Shown: one piece after another, positions 1 to 12,407 of the stretch
How positions within the stretch are numbered: the stretch's first letter is position 1
How the letters are laid out: each line of letters starts with the position of its first letter
The notes under the pieces: model-generated
What the model was told of the DNA's origin: nothing
Seen by the model: only the letters and a program-made list of their open reading frames with translations
Database searches by the model: none
Position numbers and translations under genes: made by a program
Origin: Octopus sinensis
Taxonomy: Eukaryota
Assembly (NCBI RefSeq): GCF_006345805.1
Contig: NC_042999.1
Span: 150,226,001-150,290,000 of the forward strand
Direction: 5' to 3'
DNA: 64,000 nucleotides

Positions 1-1464
1 AAAAGAAAATAAGTCAGGGTTGAATGCTGACCTTCTTTCTTTAACCAAACTATTAAAAAATGAAAATTTGATTTGGAAGAGGTTGTAAGGTTAGATCTAA
101 GAATATTGGATGACTTTAGAAACAGAATCTCTCAAGGTGACAGATGAGCTGAATCATCCAACCAACTACAGCATCATGAACATGAGAATGTTAAAACGAT
201 TGTAATATTATTAGTAAAGGTGCTGACTGCAAGTTTTGATTACACCAATTAATTATGTTGGCTCTTTTTCTGTCTTTCAGTTGACAACTGTATCTCTTTG
301 AATGGTTTATCTTCATTATTTCCATTGAGATCTCTTATAGCAAGAAGATATACACTTAAAACACCTTTCCCTGCTACTTAATATATATCATCATTTCATT
401 GTTTTTATCTTGCTTCTCATTCTGATATTGATTCAACACTTTCCCCGACAGTACATACATATTCTTGTTTAATGATAACCAATAAATATAGACTGGAAAT
501 CTTTTCTTTGTAGTATTCATTTTTACATTTTTATTGCCTCTCTGTTTAGTTTCATTCAAAATTTTCATATCTTCTTGTTTTTTTTTTTCTCCTACTTTAT
601 TTCTTTAATTCCGGTCTTATTTCTGTTTCATGCTTTCCTTCATGTAAGGTCTCTCTCTAGCAAAAAGAACAACTTTCAAATTTTGTGTACTTTTTCTTAT
701 TGTCAAAAGACTAAAGTGAAAATGTATAGTGACATTTGATATTTTTCTTGCAGGAAGTATATCCTTTAGTAATGAATGTAACCCAGTTAGAGTGTCTCAA
801 TAAATATAGTCATGATCTGGGTTCTGCAACCCTATAGTATCTCTAACCCTAATTCTACCCTAAAGTAACCTTTGTTTTGAACAGGTTCTTAATGGAAAGG
901 TGAAAAAAAAAAAAGAACAACAAATTAATTGTTGGAGAAACAGTAAAGGGCTATTTAGGGATGAGATTCAAAGCACACATGCATGCGTGCACACACACAC
1001 ACACACACACACACACTGCCTCCCTCTTTTTCTAACTCTGAAACTTTTGCAAGAGGTAAGTCTACAGATCCACCACAATTCCCAGTCATTCCTTCTCAGA
1101 ACATTCAATTTCCTTTCAACCCGTATTTTCCCTGCAACCACCAACTTGAAAGTTGTTCAAGTAGAAGAGAGTGAGAATAATACAGTTAATCTCACTTGTC
1201 TTAAAAAGCCTGCAAAGGTCATGGACACAGCCCTCTCTTCTTCAGATCAAACCAAAAAAAAAAAAAATATTGAACTAGTTGTTCTTAACATGTGAGTTCA
1301 AATCAGCTTTTAAATATCTAAATATTTTGTGGTGCTTCTGGGCATTATTTCAATAATGTAATTGCTATAAGTGGAATGACTTCAGCTGAGAGTTGAAGTC
1401 ACATTATAATCTCAGTTTACCAAGGTTTTAACTATTGCTCTGTAATATAATATTCATAGTTGTC

Positions 1465-1680
1465 ATTATCATCACCATTATCATTTAACATCTGTTACAT
1501 CTGTTTTTCCATGCTGGCATGGTTTGGGCAGTTTGACAGGAGTTCGCAAACCAGAGGACTGTATTGAGCTCCAATGATTGCTTTGGCATGGTTTCTATGG
1601 CTGGATGCTCTCCCTTAATGTGGGCCACTTTACAGAGTGTGCTGGGTGCTATTTATGTGGCACTGGCACAACAAATAAGT
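1465..1680 (-). mobile_element. Old RTE 3' UTR-type repeat (5'-truncated LINE or derived SINE) with (GAT)n tail
   Basis: catcat..tttaacatc...ttccatgctggcatgg...gctggatgc matches the younger copies at 11734 and 32280. Confidence 0.6.
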
Positions 1681-1884
1681 TTCACCAAAACAAGACCCCT
1701 CATCTGAATGTGGAGTAGTATTGAGGGAGGTGGATTTATGCTAGGATGGTAGCGAAGATGTTTCAGGGTGTACCCTCAAGTTACAGAAAGGTGAATATAA
1801 GAGAAGCGGTATGAATGAGTAAGTAAGTTTCCACAAGTGTTGGAGGTGAGTGACTGTTGGATAGAGGTGGGGATATGATTATAA

Positions 1885-2135
1885 TAAGCTTATTGTATAG
1901 AGTGCTCAGGTGCATTACAACTCACTGGAAAAGGATAAAAGAACAGGATGCAGCAATAAATGAAATAAAAAAGACAGCAACAATAGCCAAAAGTACAAGC
2001 AGAGTATACAGAATAAGACAGAAAAGTGAACAGAAAAAAAGAGCCATAAAGAGGAATGGGTGCATAGATATGTTAGAAGTAGTGTTGCCAAATTTCAAAA
2101 GCACAGAATTTTGGAAAGAATACATGTAAGTGGTA
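1885..2135 (-). mobile_element. CR1/L2-like LINE 3' end
   Basis: Reverse strand carries the terminus gcacctgagcactctatacaataa and an ORF-end motif shared with 18790-19040 and 47905-48432. Confidence 0.6.
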
Positions 2136-2359
2136 ATTGATAAAAAGTAGGTTATTGAGTTTTTGCAATATCTGAAACAGTAGAGCATTGTATAAAATGT
2201 CAAGTAAAACAGTTCTTTATGTTCTGAGTTCAAATCCTAACAAGGTCAACACTGCTTTAAATTTTTCTGAGGTCAATAAAATAAATACTAAAGTAAATAA
2301 GGAATTGGGATCAGTTTAATTGATTATACTTTTTCCTCCAAATATATATATATATATTT

Positions 2360-2505
2360 AGTGAGAATTTACAAAAAGAAAACGGGTGTGTAAACAACAA
2401 ACAGATTGTATTCGTTTAACACTCGGGAAGTGAAAATGTCTTTTACGTTTCAAGCTTACGCTCTTTGACAGAAAGGAACACAGAAATAAACTGGGAGAGA
2501 AAATA
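2360..2505 (-). mobile_element. Penelope-like pLTR fragment with degenerate minimal hammerhead motif
   Basis: Minus strand reads cttt-CTGTCAA-a-gagc-gtaa-gctt-GAAACGTA-aaag. Confidence 0.4.
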
Positions 2506-2510
2506 AATAT

Positions 2511-2546
<36 letters not shown>

Positions 2547-2752
2547 ATAGATCAGAACAGTTTGATTCAAATTCCTTGGTACTCTTGAGTTTCAAGCACA
2601 ATGCTAGTCGTCAGCCATTTTGAATTTGAATGTAGCTCCCAATAAATTGGTTGAGTGCCCTTCTTTCATTTGTCCACTCACTCGTATATATTATATATAT
2701 ATATTTATATATATATTTATTTATTTATTTATTTTGATATTTATATATTTGG

Positions 2753-2973
2753 AGTAAAGATTGTTTGCCAACATAACATAGCAGTCCTGGTTTAGGATGA
2801 ATGTTGCTGTAATTCCAGCTGGTTATATGACACGATCTGTGTCCTTGTTCAAAAATATAAGGACACAGATCGTGTTGTATAGCCAGCTGGAGACGATGTC
2901 TGCTGGGGCTAAGTGACAGCAACATTCATCCTAAACCAGGACTGCCATGTTATGTTGGCAAATAATCTTTACT
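2753..2973. repeat. Fold-back (MITE-like) palindrome, about 220 bp
   Basis: Outer arms agtaaagattgtttgccaacataacatagcagtcctggtttaggatgaatgttgctgt and reverse complement; inner arms ccagctggttatatgacacgatctgtgtcctt and reverse complement. Confidence 0.9.
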
Positions 2974-3240
2974 TCAAAGTACTGTTGCTGAATATCTCTC
3001 ATTGTGAGATTTACAAATATTAATTTTCTAATTTACACACACACACACATATGAGCAAAGTAGCTAGTTCTAAAATCTCTAAACGAAATATAAGTAATAA
3101 CAAATAATACAAGATGATAACTTTTTTTATATCCCTCGAGCCACTTATAATTCATATTTGTGTGTGTGTGTGTGTGTGTTGGACACAGTTTCTCTCAACC
3201 AAATTCACTCACAAATGTATCGGTTAGCCCATGCTGGAGG

Positions 3241-3743
3241 GGAGTGATTCACACCCTTACACACAATATATCAGACGCAGGCCGTGTGTCATTGACCAGC
3301 TGGAAAAGATGTTTACCAGAGGTTAAAATGTAGTAACATAGTTCTGTATAGAACAGCCATGTTATAGTAGCAGAAAAAAAAAAAACATTACTGTCTAGCA
3401 TTGTCACTACTGATATCTTTGTTTAGAGGTTTTAGAAGTAGATACTTTGCTCCCTATGGGATCAGCAACTGTCTGCCACTTCTCTGTTTATATATTATGA
3501 GTAGGGACAATTGACCGCCATCTCTGGCAGGCAGGCCTCCAGTTTCGATGAAGGGTAAAGACCCGGAAACAATGGTCTGCTGGTCTTGCCAAGCTGTAAG
3601 GGAGTGATTCGCTCCCTTACAATATATCATACACATATTGTGTGTTGTTGACCAACTGGAAAATACATTTTCCTGGGGTTGAAATGTAGTAACATAATTC
3701 TTTATAGGACAGCCATGTTGTAGTCGCAAAAAAACATTACCGT

Positions 3744-3745
<2 letters not shown>
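3241..3745 (+). mobile_element. Two diverged ~150-bp direct repeats (3241-3396, 3601-3745) with a hammerhead-like motif between them; Penelope pLTR-like
   Basis: Both copies start ggagtgattc and end aaacattac(t/c)gtct; gatgaagggtaaagacccggaaac at 3547-3570. Confidence 0.5.
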
Positions 3746-3787
<42 letters not shown>

Positions 3788-4064
3788 TATATATATATAC
3801 ACATACATACATATACATACATACATATATATATTCCTCTTAAATATTAATAATATTTAATTAACTGAATATACAAAGAGGCCACAGTAATTATCTTTCT
3901 CATTAGTGTTTCATGCTTTCATATTAGTCACCAATTAAGTTGACAATACCAGTAGCTCAAACTTAATTAGGTAGTAATTATTCACTACTCATCCTCACAA
4001 TACCCATTCGTTTTAGTGTTGAACTGAAATATTTTGGCCTTAATTTAATCACCATATAGAGATG

Positions 4065-4450
4065 AGCAATGGCTGTGTGCTAAGAAGTTTCTTTTGTAAC
4101 CACTTGATTTTGGTTTCAGTCCTACCTACTATGTGACACTTTAGTTAGGAGTCTTCAACTATATCCCTGGTCTAACCAATACATTGTGAGTGAATTTGGT
4201 TGAGAGAAATTGTGTCCAACACACACACACACACACACATGAATTATTTGACAACCAATGTTGGTCTGTTTATGTACCAATAACTTTGAGGTTCTACAAA
4301 AGAGACTGTTGGAATAAGTACTTGTTAAAAAAGTAAGTACTGGAGTAAATTTGTTCTACTAAAAACTCTTCTAGGTGATGCCCCCCCCCCCATGCATGGT
4401 TACAGTCGAGTGACTGAAACAAATAACGGATCAAAATATAGGATACATCA
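4065..4450 (+). mobile_element. tRNA-derived CORE-type SINE (octopus OR-like)
   Basis: Head ggctgtgtgctaagaagttt...ttcagtcc, core accttgggcaagtgtcttc-like, internal (CA)n, tail gactgaaacaaataa. Confidence 0.7.
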
Positions 4451-4461
4451 TAAGCTGGTTT

Positions 4462-4735
4462 CATCATCATCCTCATTCATCCATTTTCCATGCTGGAATG
4501 GGTTGGATGGTTTGACTGGGGTCTGGCAAGCCAGGAGACTGCACCAGGCTCCAATCTGATCTGGTAAGGTTTCTACAGCTGGATGTCCTTCCTAATGCCA
4601 ACCACTCTGAGAGTGTAGTGGGTGCTTTTTACGTGCCACCGGCACAGGAGCTAGTCAGGCAGCATTGGCCACAGCCACATTTGGATAGTGCTTTTTATTT
4701 GCTACCAGCACAGGAGCCAGTCAGAGTGGTGGTGG
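4462..4735 (-). mobile_element. RTE 3' UTR-type repeat with 2 cassette units
   Basis: (CAT)n tail at left; ggtgctttttacgtgccaccggcac at 4621-4645. Confidence 0.8.
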
Positions 4736-5304
4736 GGTTTACTAAATATATAAATAATTGCACCAAAAATGCTTACAAGTATCTTTTGGGGATTAAGTGT
4801 TGAGATTATGTAGAAACTAACCTTAAAGGTTTATCTGTAAAATTAATCATGACTGTTTTGCACTTGAAAACCAATAATACAAGCTAGGCAACTAGATTAG
4901 AATGATTAGTTTGTTAAGTATGAAATGTAGACATAGAAATCGATTCCAAGATATTCCTCTTGTTTTTCCTTACAAGAGATTACAAGTTCTTCATTGCTGA
5001 AATTGGAGCAATGACCTCAACTATTTCAAAATTCAGTTTGGAGAAAGAATATTCCATTTCTATGTTGTCATAGAGCAAAGATGTAATTTTCTTTTAATTT
5101 CTTTTCAAAATATAGAAATATAAAATAAAAACAAAACATTGAAGATAGGATGAGGAAAATATCTAAACTGTGCTGATCCACATGATTACCTCGGGTAAAA
5201 TATAATTAGCATGGATTAACTTAACCCTTATAAGATAGCTAGGCTTGCTATATTTGTTAGTGAAGAAAAAAAAAGTAAAAACGGAAACGATCACTTGTTA
5301 CCTT

Positions 5305-5486
5305 GTTCAGTCTTTGGACTGTGGCCATGCTGGGGTACCACCTTGAAGGGTATAGTCAAACAAATTGACCATAGTGCTTATTTTTAAAGTCTGGTACTTA
5401 TTCTATTGGTCTCTTTTGTCAAACTGCTAAGTTACGGAGACATAAGCAAACCAACATTGGTTGTCAGGTGGTGGACAAACACAAAG

Positions 5487-5500
<14 letters not shown>
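5305..5500 (-). mobile_element. OR-like SINE 3' half
   Basis: gactgtggccatgctgggg...ggtacttattctattggtctc...aaactgctaagttac. Confidence 0.7.
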
Positions 5501-5535
<35 letters not shown>

Positions 5536-5696
5536 TAGAAATGACAAGTCAACAAAAGAATGAAAGAGACCTCGATATTATGTAAATAGAAGAATTTATC
5601 TGTAAATATAATATATGACAATTATTCAGATGCTATGGCTTCCGAATAATTATCACATATTGTATTTACAGACATATATATATATATATATCTGTA

Positions 5697-5835
5697 CCAA
5701 ACCTTAGTCACAATTTATGTTCCTAACCCTAGCTTAATGATAACTAAGTTATTTTACTAAATTCTTCGTTATATTTAAAATTAATTGAAAGAAACACAGA
5801 ACATCTCAACAGAAATATGGTAACAAAAGGGTTAA
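5697..5835 (-). mobile_element. piggyBac-type MITE family 1, partial
   Basis: Ends gtaacaaaagggTTAA; body is the reverse complement of 59521-59680. Confidence 0.75.
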
Positions 5836-6550
5836 AAAGCTGCAAGTCAGTGATTGATGGAAAAACATGTGCAGGTAAAGAATTTCAGGGGTATGATGTT
5901 CTGGATAAGAATGACTAAGGTTTAGTTGTTTGTTAATGGTTTGGTACAATATGAGTGATAAAAGGGTCAAGAGTATCTGAGTGGAGGTAGTACAAGACCA
6001 GCCTCTCTGAGGAGTGAAGGTAATTATAGTAGCCATAGAAAAGGTAGAGTGAAAGGAGATGGCATGTCTGTAGGATGGGAGCCAGAGTGTTTTTGTGAAC
6101 GACTTCATGTCTGTTGATTGAGTAGCTTTCTTTAGATTCAGTGTAAAGATGTCTGTGTTTATGTAGTAGCGACAGTGTTCTAGGTGTGGGAGAATTACCC
6201 TGATGTGGGTTTTACCTGAGCTTTGTTGAAGGTTTAGCTGGTAGCTAAAATATTTTCTGGCTTTGAAGAAAATTATCACTTTGTTTCAGCTTTTACTATG
6301 TTGTTCAACTCTCATGTCAACCCTTTGAGGATCTCAACAATAGGAGAGGGCCTAATTTTTGAAACGGTTTTGAGTGCTCCTGTTTGTGTATTGGGTAGTC
6401 ACTATAAGGCAGTGGGTGGTTGACTCAGTGCATACTGAGACAGTGGCAATGTGGACAAGATTGAGTGATTTGGGGGGTAAATAAGAGATCAAGGGTGTTC
6501 AGAGCATGTGGACGAAACAATTGAGTATTACAAAATATTCAACTTCTGTA
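5836..6550 (-). mobile_element. Decayed I/Jockey-group LINE fragment (post-endonuclease linker)
   Basis: Minus ORF 5806-6279 contains TLNLKKA..MKSFTKTL, resembling the NLKKA(D/N)W..F linker; recalled similarity only. Confidence 0.3.
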
Positions 6551-7395
6551 ATTTATGATGAGTGCTAGTTCTTTATTCACACTGCCAAGTTACATCTATA
6601 AACCTAAAGGCATCACATTTGTTGATTACATGTATGAACTATAAGGATTTTTGTGGGTTAATAAGAGAGCCTTTATGCTGTTGTTTGACCTAACAGATAT
6701 AACAGTCATATCTCTCTTAGATTACACTCATTTTAAGAGAAGAATGACAACAGATACAATAATTACAGCTGGAACACTTTTGATTATAGGTTGCTCAGTC
6801 AAGGCTGACCAGCAATTAAACACCAACTAGAGTTTTTATATTAATTTTTAGTCCTATAAATTGAATATGGGTGAATAGTTGAAGGTTAATTGTTATAAGG
6901 TGTTACAAAACACACAGATTGCTGCAGACCATCTCTTTAAAATATCTATTACATTTCAAATGTCACTATGGACTCTTGTTTCATTGTTAGGATTGCATTT
7001 TAAACTAACTTGCCTTCCTCTTTGGTGCCAAGAGATATTTTGTATCTGAGCATCTTTTTTTTTTTTTTTTTCAAGCTCTGTTATTTCAAAGAAAACTAAG
7101 ATTTGGATTTGCTTGTTATATATTCCTGGCAATAACATCTGTTTATTCCTCTCCAGGCAGACATTTAAGTGTTGTCTGGCTTTGTAAATGTTTGTTTTTA
7201 AATTTTTAATGCCAGCAAAGGACGAAGATATTTTAAATGAGGGCTGCCAGCAGTCACATTTCTTCAATTGTTGATTATATGGATATAAAGGCTATTTATC
7301 CAGTTATTTAGCAAACCCACTCTTCCTAACAACTTAAGTTTATTATCTCATTGGTAGACTATGTGTACTGCATCTTATTTCATTACGATATGCAA

Positions 7396-7858
7396 CAAGG
7401 TGGCAAAGCTGACAAAATCATTAGAATGTTGGACAAAATAATTAACGGATTTCTTCTGGTATTTTACAATCTCAGCTCAGATTCCACTGAGGTCAACTTT
7501 GCCTTTCATCTTTTTGGGGCAGATGAAATAAAGTGCCAGTCAGGTCCTGAGATTGATGTAATTGACTTACTTAGTGCTGGTGTTGCACTAAAATTAGAAA
7601 GAATTAATACAGTATGTGATACATGTTTCTCTTCCCTATAGAATATCTTATTGGTTGACTGTGTATTACATCATCTTTTATTACAATATGTAATACTTGC
7701 ATCTTCCCACTATAGAATTCATATATATGCAAAGCTGACAAAATCATTAGAATGTTGGACAAAATAATTAACGGATTTCTTCTGGTATTTTACATTCTCA
7801 GCTCAGATTCCACTAAGGTCAACTTTGCCTTTCATCTTTTTGGGGCAGATGAAATAAA
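7396..7858 (+). mobile_element. OK-like tRNA SINE with a local 130-bp duplicate (7403-7532 and 7729-7858)
   Basis: gaggtcaactttgcctttcatc core; the two copies differ at 2 positions. Confidence 0.8.
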
Positions 7859-7948
7859 ACCCATCCAACCAATGCAAGCATAGGCAAATGGACATTAATA
7901 TAATGATGATGGTGATGATGATAGACTTAAAATTGGAGCATACAATTT

Positions 7949-7980
<32 letters not shown>

Positions 7981-8649
7981 CTTGTGAAAACAAATACATT
8001 ACTAAGTTTAGAGAAGTATCTTTCATTGTTGTCTGTGTAAAGTAAATGCACAATCCAGACATTATTGTTAATACAGACATTTCTTTTATGACATATAGAC
8101 TTTCAGAGTCTATAACTATTGTGAATATTGTGCAAATATTTCAGCATAACTAATCGTGTTGTCAACCCAGTGAATGTGTAATTAATATACTTGTTACTCT
8201 AGACTACCATTGGCAATTCCTCTCTGTAGATATATAGTTTATTAGCATTGACAAAGCAAGGTACAAGGACTTTATAGCTTTCATTGACTCCGTTTTGTTG
8301 GACAAGATAGATTTTAAAATATCAATTATATCAATCTTTCTATTGTTCAATTATAGGATATCTATACTTGACCCAGAAATGATAGTAGTGTGATAGAAAT
8401 GTCATACATTGTACAGAATTGGTCTGGACATAATATTTACTATGGGACCTTGTGTTTCTAACATAAAATCATACTTGTTTCAGCTTAAAGGCTGTGAAGA
8501 TGGTACCTATGGTAAGATACATAACTACTGTATTTCAGTATCCACAGTTTGATCATTTACTCTTCTGAGTTAAAGTTACATGCAGGTTGGCTTCATTTAT
8601 TTTCCTGCATTTCATAAAACACATACCATGAAGAATATGTATGTATGAA

Positions 8650-8830
8650 CACAGCTATGGTTGTATGGTTAAGAAGTTTGCTTTACAATTGTGATATCCA
8701 ATGTTCAACCCCTCTGCATGGCATCTTTGCTGGGGTCTTTTGTCATAGCCTCAAGTCAGCCCAATACCTGTGAGTAAAAATAGTTAGACAAAACCTCTCT
8801 GGAAACCTCTCAGATTGTATCTGTAAATCA
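8650..8830 (+). mobile_element. OR-like SINE 5' part, old
   Basis: ggttgtatggttaagaagtttgc...ggcatctttg...tgtgagt. Confidence 0.55.
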
Positions 8831-9554
8831 AGGGCCTAAGCTGGTCAAACTGTCAAACCCATGATAATGATAGGTAGTTCAATTGATTAAACAACTGGAT
8901 GATCATCAGCAAAACTTACAGAAGACCCAGTGTGTGTCTGTGTGTGTGTGCCTGCATGTGCGTATTGTAGTGCAGTGAGTTGACTTCATTGGGTTACTTT
9001 ACATAATTGTCTTGTGTCAAGTTAAAATATCTTCACCATCACCACCTCCCTATAATTATTTGAAGACTTTATTTGTGTGAGTTAAACAATTGTTCTTCTG
9101 TGAGAAACAGTTTTATTTTATTCATGGTTGTTGTAAAATAGCAGTTTGGGGGAAAGAGAAAAAAATAAAAACCCAAGAAAACCACAGTGATGATTTTAAA
9201 TGGTTGCGTGACTTAACAACCATCAATTTGAAAGCGCTTAGTGTGTGAGGAAGATAGAAACAGGCTTTGCTTAGTGATTGCAACATTAAGGCAACAATGC
9301 TAAGTAATAATTAAAGCAATTAAATTCATTCTTCAAAGAGAGTAATTAATGACAAGGAAAGAAGTGGAACATTAAAACTCACACTCACAATACAAGAAAT
9401 GGAAGTAAAAAGACTCTTATTGAAGAAATGATCATGTTCTTCACAGTTGATTTTTTTTTCTTTTTCGTGGTAAAGCTCATTTACTTCATTAAGGGTTTAG
9501 AGTAGTATAGAAAAATTTCCCTAGAGAAGTAATCATAAACCTAAATATTTTAAT

Positions 9555-9730
9555 GGCTTCGTTATTAAGAAATTTGCTTCCCAACCACTTGGTTTTGGGT
9601 TCAGTCCCACTACATGGCGTCTTGGGGAAGTGTCTTCTACTGTAACCCCAAGATGATCACAGCAACCAAAGCCTTGTGAGTGGTAGACAAAAACTGAAAT
9701 TCATGTGTATGTGTGTGTATATGAATATGT
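9555..9730 (+). mobile_element. OR-like SINE 5' part
   Basis: aagaaatttgcttcccaaccacttggttttgggttcagtccc...ttggggaagtgtcttctactg. Confidence 0.7.
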
Positions 9731-9808
9731 ACATTTATGTATGTATATGTGTGTGTGTGTGTGTATATGTGTATGTATATATGTGTGCATGCATATATAT
9801 TTATATGC

Positions 9809-9860
<52 letters not shown>

Positions 9861-9966
9861 GGATATCCTTGTTGCTTATTTTAATTTTAATCACCTTATT
9901 TTAAATTGTATGGATAATACCATACTAAATTCTGGTGCCTCAACTTAAGTACCATATTCATCTGAA

Positions 9967-10004
<38 letters not shown>

Positions 10005-10778
10005 TATACATATATATATATCAGTGGGTGAAGGGAATGGAGTTGGTGATTATGTACTACATATGTCTAAAGGAGTCACAAACTGGAATTTATGCAACTT
10101 TAAGTTCAGTGTCCCTTCTCCTTGGGTACTTTTTCTATTTCTAATTTACAAGTTTATTATCAGCAATGAACTTGTAAACAACAGGTAGAAAAATATCCGA
10201 AAACAAAGAACATTCAACATCGACGTATTACCATAAAGTTGCATAACTTCTGTTTGGTGTTTCCTTTGAATCATATGTAGTTCATAATTACCTACTCCGT
10301 TCTCTTCACCCACTGATTTATAATCACATAATTAGCAACATTGTTGTTATATGCTGAGTTGTATAGTGGTGGTCATCTTATCAGAATTTCTTATGTAATT
10401 TGATGCGAGTGAAAGTGTATTGCACATGTTGATTAAGAAACTTTATTGATCAAATATCATCTACTTTGTGTTATTTATGTGAGTTGTGTCTATGCTTGAG
10501 GCTAGCCAACTGTCTGTGCTACAATTATTTTGGATGTCACTGCTTTATTAATATATGTATATGTGTGTTTACATGTTCTTGTCTTGATAACACACAATAG
10601 TTGTAAATGAGTGTCACTGTCATACAATCAGTGTCATTCATTTCTGATATTTTGGTCATAGGGAAATGTTGTCTTGCTTGGAAACCGGTGAGGGTTGGTG
10701 ACAGGAAGGGTATCCAGCCATAGAAAATCTGCCTTAATAAATAAAGTGGATTTGATAGATGGAAACTGAAAGAAGCCC

Positions 10779-11425
10779 ATCATCGTCATCGTCGTTTAAA
10801 CGTCCGTTCTCCATGCTAGCATGGGTGGACGGTTCGACGGGGTTCTGGGAAGCCAGAAGGCTGCACCAGGCTCCAGTCTAATCTGGCAAGTTTCTACAGC
10901 TGGATCCCTTCCTAACGCCAACCACTCCGTGAGTGTAGTGGGTGCTTTTTACGTGCACCTACAGGTGCCAGGCGGGGCTGTGGCAACGGCCACGGTCAGA
11001 TTGGTGTATTTTATGTGCCACCGGCACGGAAGCCAGTCGAGGCGGTGCTGGCATCGGCCACGAGTCGGATAGTGTTTTACGTACCACCAGACCAGGGATC
11101 CTGGCTGGTTCAATTCGATTTCGATTTCGCTTGCCCCAACATGTCTTCACAAGCAAAGGGGGTGGATGGGTGCTGTCGTACGGTCGCATTGGAGTATTTT
11201 ACGTGCCACGGCAACGAGTCGGATAGTGCTTTTTACGTACCACCAGGCCAGGGATCCTGGTGGTTCAATTCGGTTTCGATTTCGATTCGCTGCCCCAACA
11301 TGTTTCGCAAGCATGGGGGGTTGGCATGGGTGTCTGTCGTCGGATGAGGTTCTATATCGACTTCGCTTGCCTCAACGGTCTTTGTGTCCAAGGGAGGAAA
11401 GGCATTCATAAGTGGGCTGGGCTCA

Positions 11426-11427
<2 letters not shown>
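10779..11427 (-). mobile_element. Young CpG-rich long RTE 3' UTR-type repeat nested in an OR-like SINE
   Basis: At least 5 cassette-like units and an internal ~100-bp duplication (about 11058-11150 and 11213-11310); host SINE head ends gaaagaagccc at 10778 and resumes near 11470. Confidence 0.85.
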
Positions 11428-11469
<42 letters not shown>

Positions 11470-11480
<11 letters not shown>

Positions 11481-11680
11481 GTATCTGTATATGTTTGTGT
11501 ATCTGTGTTTGTCCCCACAACATCACTTGACAACCAATGTTGGTGTGTTTATATCCCTGATAGAATAAGTACTAGGCTTACAAAGAATAAGTTCTGGGAT
11601 CAGTTTGCTCGACTAAGGGTGGTACTCCAGCATGGCCGCAGTCCAATGACTAAAACAAGTGAAAGAATAAAAGAATACAC
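11470..11680 (+). mobile_element. OR-like SINE 3' half
   Basis: gtgtttgtcccc...tagaataagtactaggcttacaaag...ccagcatggccgcagtc...aaaagaata tail. Confidence 0.8.
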
Positions 11681-11733
11681 ACACACATATATGTATATAT
11701 ATATATATGTATGTATGTATATGTATACACACA

Positions 11734-11935
11734 CATCGTTTAACGTCCGTTCTCCGTGCTAGCATGGGTTGGACGGTTCGACCAGGGATCTGGGAAGCCA
11801 GAAGGCTGCACCAGGCTCCAGTCTTATCTGGCAGTGTTTCTACAGCTGGATGCCCTTCCTAACGCCAACCACTCCGTGAGTGTAGTGGGTGCTTTTTACG
11901 TGCCACCTGCACAGGTGCCAGGCGAGGCTGGCAAC
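11734..11935 (-). mobile_element. Young RTE 3' UTR-type repeat, 1 cassette unit
   Basis: tttaacgtccgttctccgtgctagcatgggttggacgg...ggatgcccttcctaacgccaacc. Confidence 0.85.
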
Positions 11936-12129
11936 ATATGTATATATATGTATGTATGTATGTATGTATATGTATACACACACACATATGTATATATATA
12001 TATGTATGTATGTATATGTATACACACACACAAACCATATTTATCGTCTAGATTGAAATCGGGTTATAATTTGCATCCCAGTTTTTCCTATTAAAATCAA
12101 GTTTAAAATAACGCAATACAAGTAAATAC

Positions 12130-12335
12130 AGTGTGTGTCTGTGTCTTTCTATCTGTGTTTGTCACCCACCACCACTTGACAACAGGTGTGGTAGTGTGTT
12201 CACATCCCCGTTACATAGCGGTTTGCTAAAAAGAGACTGATAGAATAAGTACTGGGGTTCATTTGTTTGATCAAAAAGTTCTTCAAGATGATGCCCCAAT
12301 ATGGCCGCAGTCAAATGATTGAGACAAGTAAAAGG
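12130..12335 (+). mobile_element. OR-like SINE 3' half
   Basis: accacttgacaac...tagaataagtactgggg...atggccgcagtcaaatga. Confidence 0.75.
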
Positions 12336-12364
12336 TAATATATATGTGTGTGTATATATATATG

Positions 12365-12403
<39 letters not shown>

Positions 12404-12407
<4 letters not shown>

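Noticed and set aside
1-620. A-rich minus strand with CMYC and RCFKC fragments, possible LINE relic
   Set aside because: Motifs lie in different frames and no family could be assigned
840-870. Telomere-like ctaaccctaa
   Set aside because: Only one to two degenerate units
4960-5110. IVEVIAP...KEKQEEY, possible restriction-like endonuclease relic
   Set aside because: Needs an assumed frameshift and lacks the upstream PD motif
8484-8511. Plus-strand 28-nt exon candidate LKGCEDGTY (EGF-like look)
   Set aside because: Good splice sites but no companion cysteine-rich exons; expected by chance in 64 kb
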